From positions 6,407 to 70,406 of the forward strand of contig JAZSDN010000050.1 of the NCBI GenBank assembly GCA_045531205.1: DNA of 64,000 bases, read 5' to 3'. Origin of the DNA: Clostridia bacterium (GTDB lineage Bacteria; Bacillota; Clostridia; UMGS1883; UMGS1540). The number at the start of each line of letters is the position of its first letter. The stretch's first letter is position 1. Below the pieces are notes generated by a model. It was not told the origin of the DNA, did no database searches, and worked only from the letters and a program-made list of their open reading frames with translations. Of this stretch, positions 11,400 through 22,067 are shown piece by piece. Both the position numbers and the translations under genes were made by a program.

Positions 11400-12109
11400 T
11401 TTATCTTCCTCAAGCTTTCTATTTCGTATGATGTCATGTGACGCCATCTGCCTTCGGGCAGATTTCCCAATATAACACTTCCTACAGCAATTCTTTTAAG
11501 TTTTAAAACACGAAAACCTATCGCTTCAAACATTCTTCTTACCTGTCTGTTTTTTCCTTCGTGGATAGAAATTTGAATTTCTGATTCTTTATTATTAAAC
11601 AGTGTTAATACTTCAACTTTTGCAGGTGCAGTAAGTCCGTCGTTTAATTTTACACCGCGTCTTAATTTGTTGAGTTCACTTTCTTTTAAAGTTCCGTTTA
11701 TTCTTGCAATATATGTTTTATATACATTGTTTTTAGGGTGAGTTACAATGTTTGCAAAATCTCCGTCGTTAGTCATTATAAGAAGTCCTGATGTATTATA
11801 ATCAAGTCTTCCAACAGGATAAATACGTGTATTTATATCCGAAACAAGGTCCATAACAGAATCTCTGTCAAACTGGTCTTTTGCAGAAGTAATATATCCT
11901 TCGGGCTTGTTTAATACAATATAGTATTTTTTTGTTACTAAAGAGATAATTTCGCCTTCATATTCAACTTTATCAAAGCTTTCATCCACTTCTGTAGCAA
12001 GCTCTGTAACTTTCTCTCCGTTTATTTTTATTTTTCCTTGTCTTATAAGCTCATCGGCAGCTCTTCTTGAGCAGATTCCCGCTGTTGCTATAAATTTATT
12101 CAGTCTCAT
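11396..12109 (-). CDS. rRNA pseudouridine synthase (RsuA/RluB family, S4 domain + PseudoU_synth_2)
   Basis: 237 aa starting MRLNKFIATAGICSRRAADELIRQGKIKINGEKV (S4 domain). Catalytic-region motifs follow. Confidence 0.85.
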   Translation of the reverse strand: MRLNKFIATAGICSRRAADELIRQGKIKINGEKVTELATEVDESFDKVEYEGEIISLVTKKYYIVLNKPEGYITSAKDQFDRDSVMDLVSDINTRIYPVGRLDYNTSGLLIMTNDGDFANIVTHPKNNVYKTYIARINGTLKESELNKLRRGVKLNDGLTAPAKVEVLTLFNNKESEIQISIHEGKNRQVRRMFEAIGFRVLKLKRIAVGSVILGNLPEGRWRHMTSYEIESLRKIK

Positions 12110-12131
12110 AATAGTCCTCTCAAAAATCTTC

Positions 12132-13232
12132 TTATGTACTTTTTACCTGACAAAGCCATGTTATAACTATTTTTGTCAGATTTTCGAAAAACTGATTAAA
12201 TATTTTTTCTTTACTTTCTTCTTGTGCGACAATGTCAATTTCGGTAAATATTGTACCATCTTTTTCAATTCTCGCAGTTCCTAATTTTTGCCCTTTTTCT
12301 ACAGGGGCATCAATGTATTCAGGGCAGTTTATTTTAATGTCTACTTGTTCATCATCTGTCAAATTCATAGAAAAACTGTTTTTATATACTGCATTTATTT
12401 TTTCGGTTTCCCCGTTTTTTACAGTTATTTCTTTTATTGTTTGGTTTTCAGTAATAATATTTCTTGGTTTATAATTGTTGAAAGCGTAGTCAAAAAGATA
12501 AATATGGTCATTCCAATCATCGGGTGCTGATAATGTTACCGCTATTACAGAAAAACCGTCTTTTGTAGCAGAAGATACAAGGCACCTGCCACTTTTCTTT
12601 GTGTACCCTGTTTTTATGCCTGTGCAATAAGGATATTTGTATAATAATTTATTGTGATTATAGTATGTATTTGAATTTACTTCTATTTTGCTTTTTGAAA
12701 CAATTTCGCAAAACACAGGATTTTGCATACAATATCTTGCAATTAGTGCTAAATCATACGCGGTGGTATAATGCCCTTTTTCATCAAGTCCGTTTGGGTT
12801 TTTGAAAGAAGTGTTGTTTGCCCCTATTTCTTTTGCTTTTTGCGTCATTTTTTGTGCAAATGACGTAACATCTCCCGATATATGCTCTGCAATAGCAACG
12901 GCAGCATCGTTTCCCGATACCATCATAAGCCCGCATATAAGCTCATATAAAGAAATTTTTTGCCCCGCTGCAAGGTACATAGAGCTTCCCTCCTGCCCTG
13001 CTGCATTTGCACTCACCGTTACAATTTCGTCTGTGTTTTGATATTCCAATGCTAAAATTGCAGTCATAATCTTGGTAGTGCTTGCCATTGTTTTTTCGGA
13101 AAATGCATTTTTTTCATAAAGTATTCTACCCGTTTGTGCATCAAGTAATACGGCACTTTGGGCAGAAAAAGCACTTACGTTTAAAATTTTTACACATAGG
13201 AAAAACAACACAAATAATGTAAGCCTTTTCAT
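12132..13232 (-). CDS. D-alanyl-D-alanine carboxypeptidase (serine-type, PBP5/DacB-like)
   Basis: 366 aa with signal peptide. SxxK (ASTTKIMTA), SGN (VSGND) and KTG (IKTG) motifs. Confidence 0.8.
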   Translation of the reverse strand: MKRLTLFVLFFLCVKILNVSAFSAQSAVLLDAQTGRILYEKNAFSEKTMASTTKIMTAILALEYQNTDEIVTVSANAAGQEGSSMYLAAGQKISLYELICGLMMVSGNDAAVAIAEHISGDVTSFAQKMTQKAKEIGANNTSFKNPNGLDEKGHYTTAYDLALIARYCMQNPVFCEIVSKSKIEVNSNTYYNHNKLLYKYPYCTGIKTGYTKKSGRCLVSSATKDGFSVIAVTLSAPDDWNDHIYLFDYAFNNYKPRNIITENQTIKEITVKNGETEKINAVYKNSFSMNLTDDEQVDIKINCPEYIDAPVEKGQKLGTARIEKDGTIFTEIDIVAQEESKEKIFNQFFENLTKIVITWLCQVKST

Positions 13233-13269
13233 TTAATCACCTTGTAAATTATATGAAAAGGCTTTTTTC

Positions 13270-13659
13270 TTATTCGTTTTTCTTGGATTTCTTTTCTATA
13301 AAAGCGTTTAATTTGTCAATTGCTGCGGGAATATAGTCAACAAGCTTGTCTACCGCTGTTATACTTCCGCCCGTCGGGATAAAACGAACATTTGTGCTGC
13401 TGCAAACTAAAAACCCTACTGGATTTATAGTAACACCGCCACCTGTTCCGCCACCAAATAAGGGGTCAGAATCTTTATCTTTGTTTTTGTGGCCGTATTC
13501 ACTTCCACCTGCACCAAATCCGAATGCAACCTTGGAAACAGGAATTATAGTTACACCTTCGGCTGTTTGCACGGGTTCTCCAATTATTGTATTTGCATCA
13601 ACCATTGTTTTTATGTTCTGCATTGAAGTAGACACGAGTTCAGAAATTTTATTTTCCAT
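13270..13659 (-). CDS. ytfJ: Sporulation protein YtfJ (GerW family)
   Basis: 129 aa: ...TIIGEPVQTAEGVTIIPVSKVAFGFGAGGSEYG...GGGTGGGVTINPVGFLV, characteristic of YtfJ. Confidence 0.8.
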   Translation of the reverse strand: MENKISELVSTSMQNIKTMVDANTIIGEPVQTAEGVTIIPVSKVAFGFGAGGSEYGHKNKDKDSDPLFGGGTGGGVTINPVGFLVCSSTNVRFIPTGGSITAVDKLVDYIPAAIDKLNAFIEKKSKKNE

Positions 13660-13664
13660 TCATA

Positions 13665-14228
13665 TCACCCTTTCAAAATTTTTAATATTTTTATAAGCAA
13701 TTTAAATGCATGTGCAACCTTTATATGAATTTTTGTGTTGAAGTTTATATAAAAACATACATTTTCAAAATCAGGAGTAACACTTTCATAATGCTCTTTT
13801 AAAACAAAAAGCCTATCAAGCGTTGAAACCATTTGCGAAAACAAGGCATAAGCTGCTCCCGTGGCTATTCCTGTCAATGCTGCATCAGTCGTACCTTCTC
13901 TTATTTTTATTTCAAATAAGTCAATAAACAGTCTCTTTTTTAAATATTTTAAAGCATCAACCGCTTTATCAAAACTTTCTTCAATTCTTTCTAAGTTAAG
14001 GTTAAAATCTTTTTTATCAGAATTTTTATCTTGCTTAGTTTTTATGTCTTTATTATCCTTTTTTGCACAAGAATCAAAAAAAGTTATATTAAAAAACAAT
14101 ATCTTTCCTTTTAACAGGAATCTGTTTTTGTTCGGTTCAAGCTTATATTCAGCATCAATATAAATTTTAAGATTTAAAATAATAAAAAAAACAACAAAAA
14201 CAGCCGCTAAAATATAAAGAGTCATCAA
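13665..14228 (-). CDS. DUF2953-like membrane protein (YtfI-like, partner of ytfJ)
   Basis: 187 aa with an N-terminal TM. Directly upstream of ytfJ as in the Bacillus ytfI-ytfJ pair. Confidence 0.5.
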   Translation of the reverse strand: MMTLYILAAVFVVFFIILNLKIYIDAEYKLEPNKNRFLLKGKILFFNITFFDSCAKKDNKDIKTKQDKNSDKKDFNLNLERIEESFDKAVDALKYLKKRLFIDLFEIKIREGTTDAALTGIATGAAYALFSQMVSTLDRLFVLKEHYESVTPDFENVCFYINFNTKIHIKVAHAFKLLIKILKILKG

Positions 14229-14239
14229 AATTATCCCCT

Positions 14240-14776
14240 TTACAATTCTTCTTCCGGCATTTCGGGAATTTCCGGAATTTCAGGCAAATCATTTAGGCTC
14301 TCAAGTCCGAAACAACGCAGAAACTCTTCTGTAGTAATATATAAAATGGGTTTTCCTGGCGCATCAAGTCTGCCTGCCTCCTCAATAAACCCTCTCTCAA
14401 TAAGCCTTGACACGGAATAAGAACTGTCCACTCCCCGAATTACTTCTATTCTTCCCTTTGTTATGGGCTGATTATACGCAATTATGGAAAGAGTTTCTAA
14501 AGCCGAAGGAGAAAGTGCCTGTTTTCTTCTTGGTTCAAATATTTTTTGAATAACATCGGCATAATCTTCTCTTGAACACATCTGGTAAGAATTTTCAAGC
14601 TTTATTATTCTGAGTCCTCTTTTTTCTTTGTCATAGCTTTCTGCAAGTGAGTTTGTCGCTTTGATAATTACTTCAGGTTCAAGTTCCATAGCTTCTGCTA
14701 TATCATTTACTAAAACAGAGTCTCCTGCTCCGAATAAAATGGCTTCAATATATTTTTCTATTTCAGTTTCTTTCAT
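14240..14776 (-). CDS. scpB: Segregation and condensation protein B
   Basis: 178 aa starting MKETEIEKYIEAILFGAGDSV. Winged-helix ScpB. 4-nt overlap with scpA. Confidence 0.9.
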   Translation of the reverse strand: MKETEIEKYIEAILFGAGDSVLVNDIAEAMELEPEVIIKATNSLAESYDKEKRGLRIIKLENSYQMCSREDYADVIQKIFEPRRKQALSPSALETLSIIAYNQPITKGRIEVIRGVDSSYSVSRLIERGFIEEAGRLDAPGKPILYITTEEFLRCFGLESLNDLPEIPEIPEMPEEEL

Positions 14777-15480
14777 TGTTCCTCACCGTTTTTTATCAGA
14801 TAGATTTTTAAACCTTCTTCTTTTATTTTTAAATGACCCTGACTTACTACGTGCAAAAGTGCAACAAAAGCAGAAACAATTTCATATCTGTCGTCAAGTC
14901 CTTCAAAAATATCTTCAAACAGCATTGAAGGCTTTATTTTAAATAGTGCGTGTATGTATTTTATACTGTATTCAATGGGCGTTCTTTCTCTGCCTACAAT
15001 GCCCGAAAAAGCACTTTTTGGCGGAGGCATAAAAGCCTCTTTTCTTTGCAGTAAAAGTTCAAAGGCGTTTAAAAGACTTTCTGCCTGCATAGGAATATTT
15101 TCTATAATTGTTTTGCCCATTTTTTCGGGCATTTTAAAATAATTATCTATGGTAGAAAATTGTACTTCCGAAAGTTTTTGTGCCGCCTGCTTTACTTTTT
15201 TGTATTCTATTAAACGGGCTTGTAAGTCTTCTTTTAACTCTTCTACTTCTTCTTGCTCTGCAGGTATAAGAGTTTTGGATTTCATATACAAAAGATGAGA
15301 TGCCATAACCAAAAACTCGCTTGTAATTTCAAGGTCAAAGTTTTGTATTACCTCCATATACTGGTTTGTTATTTCGGCAATAGGAATATCTTCTATATTT
15401 AGTTTGTTTTTTTGTATTAAATACAAAAGCAAATCCAGAGGACCTTCAAACATTTCAAGTTTAAAGCTTGGTGCATACAT
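14773..15480 (-). CDS. scpA: Segregation and condensation protein A
   Basis: 235 aa: FEGPLDLLLYLIQKNKLNIEDIPIAEIT, the kleisin N-terminus. Confidence 0.9.
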   Translation of the reverse strand: MYAPSFKLEMFEGPLDLLLYLIQKNKLNIEDIPIAEITNQYMEVIQNFDLEITSEFLVMASHLLYMKSKTLIPAEQEEVEELKEDLQARLIEYKKVKQAAQKLSEVQFSTIDNYFKMPEKMGKTIIENIPMQAESLLNAFELLLQRKEAFMPPPKSAFSGIVGRERTPIEYSIKYIHALFKIKPSMLFEDIFEGLDDRYEIVSAFVALLHVVSQGHLKIKEEGLKIYLIKNGEEQ

Positions 15481-16136
15481 TAAAACAACCCCGCAATAAT
15501 ATTAATAAAATCAAATAAAAAATCGTAAATTTTTCCTGATATAAACCCAAGAACCGGTGTAAGTATATTAAAGAATAAGAGTATCATAAGTATGGGCATA
15601 GCATAACGCTCATACCTCATAAGATTATAATAAGCCTTGTCAGGCAATACAACCGCAAGGATTTTTGAGCCGTCAAGCGGAGGTATGGGTATGAGGTTAA
15701 ATACTGCCAAACCAACATTAAGTGCCATAATTGCTGATAACACATTAAGTAAAAAATCTACAAAAATACTTTCCAAAGCATGTAATCCAAAACCAAAAAA
15801 TACACCCAAAAGCAATGCAGAAATTAAAGCCATAAAAAGGTTTGACATAGGTCCTGCAAGACCTACAAGACTCATTCCCTGTTTTCTGTTTTTAAAATAT
15901 AACGGATTTACAGGTACAGGCTTTGCCCAGCCAAATCCAAATAAAAGCATACATATAACACCCATTATATCAAGGTGGTCTAAGGGATTAAGCGAAAGTC
16001 TGCCCATGTTTTTCGCTGTCGGGTCACCTAATTTGTATGCCACATATCCGTGAGCTGTTTCGTGTATTGAAATTGCTATTAAAACAGCAGGGATACGAAA
16101 AAGTATTTCTGTTATATTAAAACCTGAAAGTAACAT
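15480..16136 (-). CDS. Peptidase M50-family zinc metalloprotease (site-2 protease-like, small form)
   Basis: 218 aa, polytopic membrane protein. HETAHG (HExxH) in TM1 and NLIPIPPLDG (LDG motif). Confidence 0.7.
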   Translation of the reverse strand: MLLSGFNITEILFRIPAVLIAISIHETAHGYVAYKLGDPTAKNMGRLSLNPLDHLDIMGVICMLLFGFGWAKPVPVNPLYFKNRKQGMSLVGLAGPMSNLFMALISALLLGVFFGFGLHALESIFVDFLLNVLSAIMALNVGLAVFNLIPIPPLDGSKILAVVLPDKAYYNLMRYERYAMPILMILLFFNILTPVLGFISGKIYDFLFDFINIIAGLF

Positions 16137-17467
16137 TATAAATCATTCCTTAATAAATCTTCATAGGTTTCACGTTTTACAATAATGCGTGACTTACCAT
16201 CTTTAATCATAACAACGGCAGGTCTTGGAAGTCTGTTGTAATTACTGCTCATAGAGTAATTATAAGCACCCGTTGAAAGTACCGCTACCAAATCGCCTCT
16301 GTTTATTTTGGGCATCTTTGCATCCTTAATTATAATATCGCCCGATTCACAACACTTACCGCATAAAGTTACAGTTTCTGTTTTTTCGTCAAGCGGACGG
16401 GATGGAAGCAACGCTTCATATTTTGAGCCATACATAATAAAACGTGGGTTATCCCCCATTCCACCATCAAGTGAAACATATTTTCTTATTCCAGGTAAAT
16501 CTTTAATAACGCCTGCAGTATATAACGTAATACCTGCAGCACCTACTATTGACCTTCCGGGTTCGAACATAAGGAAGGGTAATTGTACTGAATACTTTTT
16601 AGCTGAAATTTTAAGAGCTTTAATTGTTTTGCTCATATAATCGCTGTAATGAGAATGCTTGTCCTCTTCGGTGTATCTGATTCCAAAGCCACCGCCTAAA
16701 TCAAGCTCGTCTATTTTAGTATCAAGCTCTGAAATGAATTTTACCATTACATCTGCTGTTTTTTCAAAAGGCTCTGTATCAAATATCTGCGAGCCTATAT
16801 GGCAATGTATACCGCCTAAAATTATATTTTCGCACTGTGTGGCAAAAGCTATTGCTTTTTTTGCTTCTCCTGTTTTAATTGAAATACCGAATTTTGAATC
16901 TTCCCCGCCTGTCATAACAAACTCATGGGTAGAAGCTTCTATTCCCGGAGTTACCCTTACAAGAATCTTTTGTTTTTTGCCTAATCTGCCTGCAATTTCG
17001 TTAACTCTTTCAATATCATCAAAGCTGTCTGCCATAATTCTGCCTATACCATTAGTTATTGCAAACTCAAGCTCGTCGTAGCCTTTATTATTTCCATGGA
17101 AACAAATCACAGAAGGCGAAACTCCTGCCGAAAGAGCAGTAAACATTTCACCGCCTGAAACAACGTCAATTCCGAGTCCTTCTCTCGCTGCAATACGGCA
17201 TGTTTCCTTAGTGCACATGGATTTTGACGCAAAAAAGATAAGTCCGTTTCCGTCATATTCTTTATCTATAACATCCTTATAGGCACGCATATTGGATACA
17301 ATAGTATTTTCGTCCATAACATATAATGGTGTTCCGTATTCTTTTGCAAGCTCTACAGTGTCCGCTCCGCCTATTGTAAGGTGATTTTTTTCGTTAATAT
17401 TAAGTGCATCTGAAATAAACATATTATCCTCCGTTCTATTTTTTAAATTATAACATAACTTAACCAT
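16136..17467 (-). CDS. lysA: Diaminopimelate decarboxylase
   Basis: 443 aa, PLP-dependent Orn/DAP/Arg decarboxylase family 2. Motifs include ...YAMKANSN-like, GGGFGI and CGPLCESGD. Confidence 0.9.
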   Translation of the reverse strand: MVKLCYNLKNRTEDNMFISDALNINEKNHLTIGGADTVELAKEYGTPLYVMDENTIVSNMRAYKDVIDKEYDGNGLIFFASKSMCTKETCRIAAREGLGIDVVSGGEMFTALSAGVSPSVICFHGNNKGYDELEFAITNGIGRIMADSFDDIERVNEIAGRLGKKQKILVRVTPGIEASTHEFVMTGGEDSKFGISIKTGEAKKAIAFATQCENIILGGIHCHIGSQIFDTEPFEKTADVMVKFISELDTKIDELDLGGGFGIRYTEEDKHSHYSDYMSKTIKALKISAKKYSVQLPFLMFEPGRSIVGAAGITLYTAGVIKDLPGIRKYVSLDGGMGDNPRFIMYGSKYEALLPSRPLDEKTETVTLCGKCCESGDIIIKDAKMPKINRGDLVAVLSTGAYNYSMSSNYNRLPRPAVVMIKDGKSRIIVKRETYEDLLRNDL

Positions 17468-17512
17468 ATTTGTAAAGAATTTTCAAAAACAAAAATTTTT
17501 TCAAAAAAACTA

Positions 17513-17541
17513 TTGACAAAGATTTTTTACGGTGTTATACT
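17513..17541 (+). promoter_or_regulatory. sigma-A promoter of the ctsR operon (TTGACA-17-TATACT)
   Basis: -35 TTGACA at 17513-17518 and -10 TATACT at 17536-17541, 17-nt spacer. Confidence 0.6.
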
Positions 17542-17543
17542 AA

Positions 17544-17566
17544 AGTCAAAGAAAGTCAAAGTCAAT
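17544..17566 (+). promoter_or_regulatory. CtsR operator (direct heptad repeats)
   Basis: AGTCAAAgaaAGTCAAAGTCAA matches the CtsR box consensus (A/G)GTCAAAnan(A/G)GTCAAA. It starts right at the -10 of the ctsR promoter, the classic autoregulatory position. Confidence 0.75.
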
Positions 17567-17574
17567 TCAAAGAG

Positions 17575-18030
17575 GTGTTTTTTATGGGAATAAGTGATAT
17601 AATAGAAAACTTTTTAAGAGAAATGATTGATTCTGAAGGCTCGGTTGAAATAAAAAGAAATAATCTTGCAAACCATTTTGGCTGTGTTCCTTCACAAATA
17701 AATTATGTTATACAAACAAGATTTACCAACGAACGCGGCTATATAGTAGAAAGCAGACGCGGCGGTGGCGGATATGTAAAAATATCCCGTGTTACTCTCC
17801 CCGGAAAGAATTATCTTATGCACATTGTTAATAATATTGGAAAATCAATTGACTTTGAAACTGCCCGCATATTTATAGAAAATATGGTGGCTTACGAACA
17901 TCTTTCTGTGCGAGAGGGTAAGCTTATTTTAAACGCAATAAGCGATAAAGCGCTTGCTGTTCCCTCAATAATGCAGGATCAGCTTCGTGCATCAATACTT
18001 AAAAATATGATAGTAGGACTCGGTGTTTAA
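17575..18030 (+). CDS. ctsR: Transcriptional repressor CtsR
   Basis: 151 aa: ...QINYVIQTRFTNERGYIVESRRGGGGYVKI, the HTH plus glycine-rich loop. First gene of ctsR-mcsA-mcsB-clpC. Confidence 0.9.
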   Translation: MFFMGISDIIENFLREMIDSEGSVEIKRNNLANHFGCVPSQINYVIQTRFTNERGYIVESRRGGGGYVKISRVTLPGKNYLMHIVNNIGKSIDFETARIFIENMVAYEHLSVREGKLILNAISDKALAVPSIMQDQLRASILKNMIVGLGV

Positions 18031-18042
18031 GGAGGTTTTTAT

Positions 18043-18513
18043 ATGTTGTGTGAAAAATGCGGAATGAATACCGCAAATATTTTCTTATCCCAGACAATAA
18101 ACGGCAAAAAAAGTGAAATGCACGTTTGCTCGAAATGTGCCGCACAGATGGGTTATTTTGGAGATGGAATGAATTTAAGCCTTGATTTATTAGGGGCATT
18201 CTCCCCTGCTTTAAAAACTGTAAAATCCTGCCCTGTATGCGGTAAAACATACGAACAGATAAAAAAGAGTCAACGTTTTGGTTGCGAAGAATGTTATGTT
18301 CATTTTTCAAATATAACAGACGGAGTGCTTGAGAGAATACACGGCAAGACACTTCACACAGGCAAGCTTCCCGACAAAGTCGATGCAAAGCTTAAAACAA
18401 AAAGACATCTTGACGATTTAAAACGCAAACTCAAAGAAGCTGTTTTAAACGAAAAATATGAAGATGCAGCAAAATTCCGTGACGAAATAAAATCAATTGA
18501 GGAGGGACTTTAA
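18043..18513 (+). CDS. mcsA: McsA (protein-arginine kinase activator; Zn-finger + UVR domain)
   Basis: 156 aa. CxxC pairs (CEKCG...CSKCAA; CPVCG...CEEC) and a C-terminal UVR-like KYEDAAKFRDEI. Confidence 0.8.
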   Translation: MLCEKCGMNTANIFLSQTINGKKSEMHVCSKCAAQMGYFGDGMNLSLDLLGAFSPALKTVKSCPVCGKTYEQIKKSQRFGCEECYVHFSNITDGVLERIHGKTLHTGKLPDKVDAKLKTKRHLDDLKRKLKEAVLNEKYEDAAKFRDEIKSIEEGL

Positions 18514-19520
18514 TGAGCTGGTACGAAAACACAGGAAAACAAAATGATTTAATAATAAGTACCCGTGCGAGATTAGCACGCAATATTTCTAAATACCCTT
18601 TCCCCGGCTCTATGAGTGCAAAAGACGCCGAAGAAGTTATTTCTCTTGTATGGGATGCTATAACTCCTCTTCAAAGCGAATTTACACTTTACAGAATGGA
18701 TAAAATTTCGCAAAGCGAAAGACAAAAGCTTATAGAAAAGCATTTAATAAGCCCTAATTTTACTTCTGATTTTCCAAGAGCAGCCATTATAAACAAAGAT
18801 GAAACCCTTTCTCTTATGGTAAACGAAGAAGACCATATAAGAATTCAATGTCTGCTCCCCGGGTATGATGCTTATTCTGCATACGAAACAGCTGACAAAA
18901 TAGATACTCTTTTAAACGAAAAAATAGAATACGCCTTTCATGAAAAGTACGGATATCTTACTTCGTGCCCAACAAACACAGGTACAGGTATGAGAATATC
19001 GGTAATGATGCACCTTCCTGCCCTTTCTCTTTCGGGTGGGATGAACTCACTTCTTACAAAAGCCGCAAAGCTCGGTATGACTGCACGCGGTCTTTTTGGT
19101 GAAGGCAGTGATGCTTTAGGCAATTTTTATCAGCTTTCAAATCAGATAACACTCGGGCTTTCGGAACACGAAATTATAGAGAATTTTTCATCTCTTGTAC
19201 AAATTGCAGTTAATGCAGAAAATGCTTTGAGAGATAATCTTAGAAAAGAAACTCCCTCTAAACTTCGTGATAAGCTTTTACGTTCTTACGGAATTATAAA
19301 GAATGCTTATCTCATTTCTACAGGAGAAATTCTTAATCTTATAAGTGATGTCAGGTTCGGGATATATTTGGGTATAATTAAACCGATTCCCTTTGAGAGA
19401 TTAACAAAACTTATGGTAATGTCTATGCCCGCAAATATATCTTCGGACAAAGCATTATCAAGCGAAGAAAGGGATATAAAACGTGCACAAACGGCACAGG
19501 AAATCTTTAAGGAGGTATAA
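18513..19520 (+). CDS. mcsB: Protein-arginine kinase McsB
   Basis: 335 aa, ATP:guanido phosphotransferase-like (CPTNTGTGMR). Confidence 0.9.
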   Translation: MSWYENTGKQNDLIISTRARLARNISKYPFPGSMSAKDAEEVISLVWDAITPLQSEFTLYRMDKISQSERQKLIEKHLISPNFTSDFPRAAIINKDETLSLMVNEEDHIRIQCLLPGYDAYSAYETADKIDTLLNEKIEYAFHEKYGYLTSCPTNTGTGMRISVMMHLPALSLSGGMNSLLTKAAKLGMTARGLFGEGSDALGNFYQLSNQITLGLSEHEIIENFSSLVQIAVNAENALRDNLRKETPSKLRDKLLRSYGIIKNAYLISTGEILNLISDVRFGIYLGIIKPIPFERLTKLMVMSMPANISSDKALSSEERDIKRAQTAQEIFKEV

Positions 19521-19523
19521 AAT

Positions 19524-21959
19524 ATGAATTCAAATAAATTCACACCAAAAGCAAAAGAAGCTCTCTCTTTGGCACAACAGAGTGCCGCAAGTCTTGGTCA
19601 CTCATATCTTGGCAGCGAGCATCTTCTCTTAGGACTTATAAAAGAAGGCTCGGGTGCGGCAGCTGCTGCTCTTTCATCAAACGGCATAACAGAAGAAAAG
19701 GTTTTAAATCAAATAAGTGCAATGCTTGATACTGCTCCCGGTGCCCCTGTTGCAACACTGGAATTTACACCCAGAACACGTCGTATATTACAAATCAGTG
19801 CAATGGAAGCGGCAAAATCAAACCTTTCGGCAATAGGAACAGAACATATTCTTTTAGGAATACTTAAAGAAGGAAATAATGTTGCTTGTACAATTCTTGC
19901 TTCGCTTGGAGTTCAGGCTCAAACAATCTACAATTCTCTTATGCATTCTTCAAATTCAGACAGCGAAGATTTTTCTGCGCCTTCGCCAGAAAAGAAAAAT
20001 GCTTCCACCCCTACCCTTGACCAGTTTGGAAGGGATTTGACGCAACTTGCAAGAGAAGATAAATTTGACCCCGTTATAGGCAGAGAAAAAGAAATTGAAC
20101 GTGTTGTTCAAATTCTTTCCAGAAGAACCAAAAACAACCCCTGCCTTATAGGTGAACCCGGTGTTGGCAAAACCGCTATAGCAGAAGGTCTTGCGCAGAG
20201 AATTGTTAAAGGAGATATACCTGAAATATTAAAGGATAAAAGAGTGTTCACTCTTGATATATCATCAATGATTGCAGGAGCAAAATACCGTGGCGAATTT
20301 GAAGAAAGACTTAAAAAAGCTATGGAAGAAATAACTGCATCGGGCAATGTAATCCTTTTTATAGATGAAATGCACACTCTTATAGGTGCGGGTGCTGCGG
20401 AAGGAGCAATAGATGCATCTAACATATTAAAGCCTGCCCTTGCAAGAGGTGAAATACAGCTTATAGGTGCAACAACTATATCTGAATACAGAAAATACGT
20501 TGAAAAAGATGCTGCTTTAGAAAGACGTTTTCAGCCTGTAACTGTAGGCGAGCCCACAATTGATGAAACCATTCTTATTTTAAAAGGCTTACGCGAAAAG
20601 TATGAAGCTCATCACGGCATAAAAATAACAGATTCAGCGCTTTCTGCAGCAGCAAAGCTTTCTGCCCGTTATATAACCGACAGATTTTTGCCCGATAAAG
20701 CAATAGACCTTATGGATGAAGCGGCTTCCCGCTCACGTCTTTCAACTCTTACTGCTCCCGATGAATTAAATCAGCTCGAAGGCAAAATCAAAACAGCATT
20801 AGAAGAAAAAGAGGAAGCTATAAAAACGCAGGACTTTGAAAAAGCTGCAAAATTAAGAGATGAAGAAAATAAGCTTTCTGCCGAGCTTGAAGAAAAACGT
20901 AAAGCCTGGAAAGCTGATAACGCAGTAAACAAAACAGAAATCGATGAAAACGATATTGCTCACATAGTTTCTTCATGGACAGGAATCCCTGTAAACCGCC
21001 TTGCAGAAACAGAAAGCTACAGACTTAAGAATATGGAAAACATTCTTCACGAAAGAGTTGTAGGACAGCATCAGGCAGTATCAGCTGCAGCAAGAGCTAT
21101 CCGCCGTGGAAGAGTTGGTTTAAAAGACCCAAAACGTCCCATAGGTTCATTTATCTTTTTAGGCCCTACGGGTGTTGGTAAAACCGAACTTTCCAAAGCT
21201 ATTGCCGAAGCAATATTCGGTGACGAAGATTCTATGATAAGAATTGATATGTCGGAATATATGGAAAAGCATACCGTTTCACGTCTTGTAGGCTCCCCTC
21301 CAGGATATGTGGGCTTTGACGAAGGCGGTCAGCTTACCGAAAAGGTTCGCAGAAAGCCATATTCCGTTCTTCTTTTTGACGAAATTGAAAAGGCTCATCC
21401 TGATGTGTTTAATATACTTCTCCAAATTCTTGAAGATGGTATTTTAACAGACGCACAAGGCAGAAAAGTTGATTTTCGAAACACAATAATTATTATGACA
21501 TCAAATGTAGGTGCACGCCTTATAACAGACCAGAAGCGTTCTTTAGGCTTTGCAGAGGAAAAAGACCCTGAAGCTGCAACTTACGAAAACATCAAAAAGA
21601 ATGTAATGGGCGAATTGAAACAGCTTTTCCGCCCCGAATTTTTAAACCGTGTTGATGATATTATAGTATTTACACAGCTTAATCAGGAAAACATAAAAAG
21701 TGTAGCTAAAATAATGCTTTCTTCACTTCAAAAACGACTTGAAAGCATTGGAATAAAAGCAGAATTTACAGAGAATGCTTTAGAAGAACTTGCAAAAGAA
21801 GGTTATGACCCTGTATATGGTGCAAGGCCGCTGCGTCGTGCTATACAAACTAAAATTGAAGATCTGCTTGCTGAAAAAATGCTTGATAAAGCAGTAGAAG
21901 AAGGCGACTCAATTTTAATTGATTTTGAAAACGAAAGCTTTACTGTAACAAAGAAATAA
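19524..21959 (+). CDS. clpC: ATP-dependent Clp protease ATP-binding subunit ClpC
   Basis: 811 aa. Two Clp_N repeats, two AAA+ modules ([16 protein letters not shown]) and a UVR coiled-coil. Confidence 0.95.
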   Translation: MNSNKFTPKAKEALSLAQQSAASLGHSYLGSEHLLLGLIKEGSGAAAAALSSNGITEEKVLNQISAMLDTAPGAPVATLEFTPRTRRILQISAMEAAKSNLSAIGTEHILLGILKEGNNVACTILASLGVQAQTIYNSLMHSSNSDSEDFSAPSPEKKNASTPTLDQFGRDLTQLAREDKFDPVIGREKEIERVVQILSRRTKNNPCLIGEPGVGKTAIAEGLAQRIVKGDIPEILKDKRVFTLDISSMIAGAKYRGEFEERLKKAMEEITASGNVILFIDEMHTLIGAGAAEGAIDASNILKPALARGEIQLIGATTISEYRKYVEKDAALERRFQPVTVGEPTIDETILILKGLREKYEAHHGIKITDSALSAAAKLSARYITDRFLPDKAIDLMDEAASRSRLSTLTAPDELNQLEGKIKTALEEKEEAIKTQDFEKAAKLRDEENKLSAELEEKRKAWKADNAVNKTEIDENDIAHIVSSWTGIPVNRLAETESYRLKNMENILHERVVGQHQAVSAAARAIRRGRVGLKDPKRPIGSFIFLGPTGVGKTELSKAIAEAIFGDEDSMIRIDMSEYMEKHTVSRLVGSPPGYVGFDEGGQLTEKVRRKPYSVLLFDEIEKAHPDVFNILLQILEDGILTDAQGRKVDFRNTIIIMTSNVGARLITDQKRSLGFAEEKDPEAATYENIKKNVMGELKQLFRPEFLNRVDDIIVFTQLNQENIKSVAKIMLSSLQKRLESIGIKAEFTENALEELAKEGYDPVYGARPLRRAIQTKIEDLLAEKMLDKAVEEGDSILIDFENESFTVTKK

Positions 21960-21963
21960 TTAA

Positions 21964-22000
21964 AAATCCGCAATTCTTTTTAAGATTTGCGGATTTTTTT
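21964..22000 (+). terminator. Rho-independent terminator of the clpC operon
   Basis: AAATCCGCAA(21964-21973)...TTGCGGATTT(21987-21996) followed by TTTT, 5 nt after the clpC stop. Confidence 0.7.
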
Positions 22001-22067
22001 GTAGACTAATTCAAAAAAATCTGTTATAATTTAGAGCGTTAATATTTTACACAGGAGAAATTTTAAA

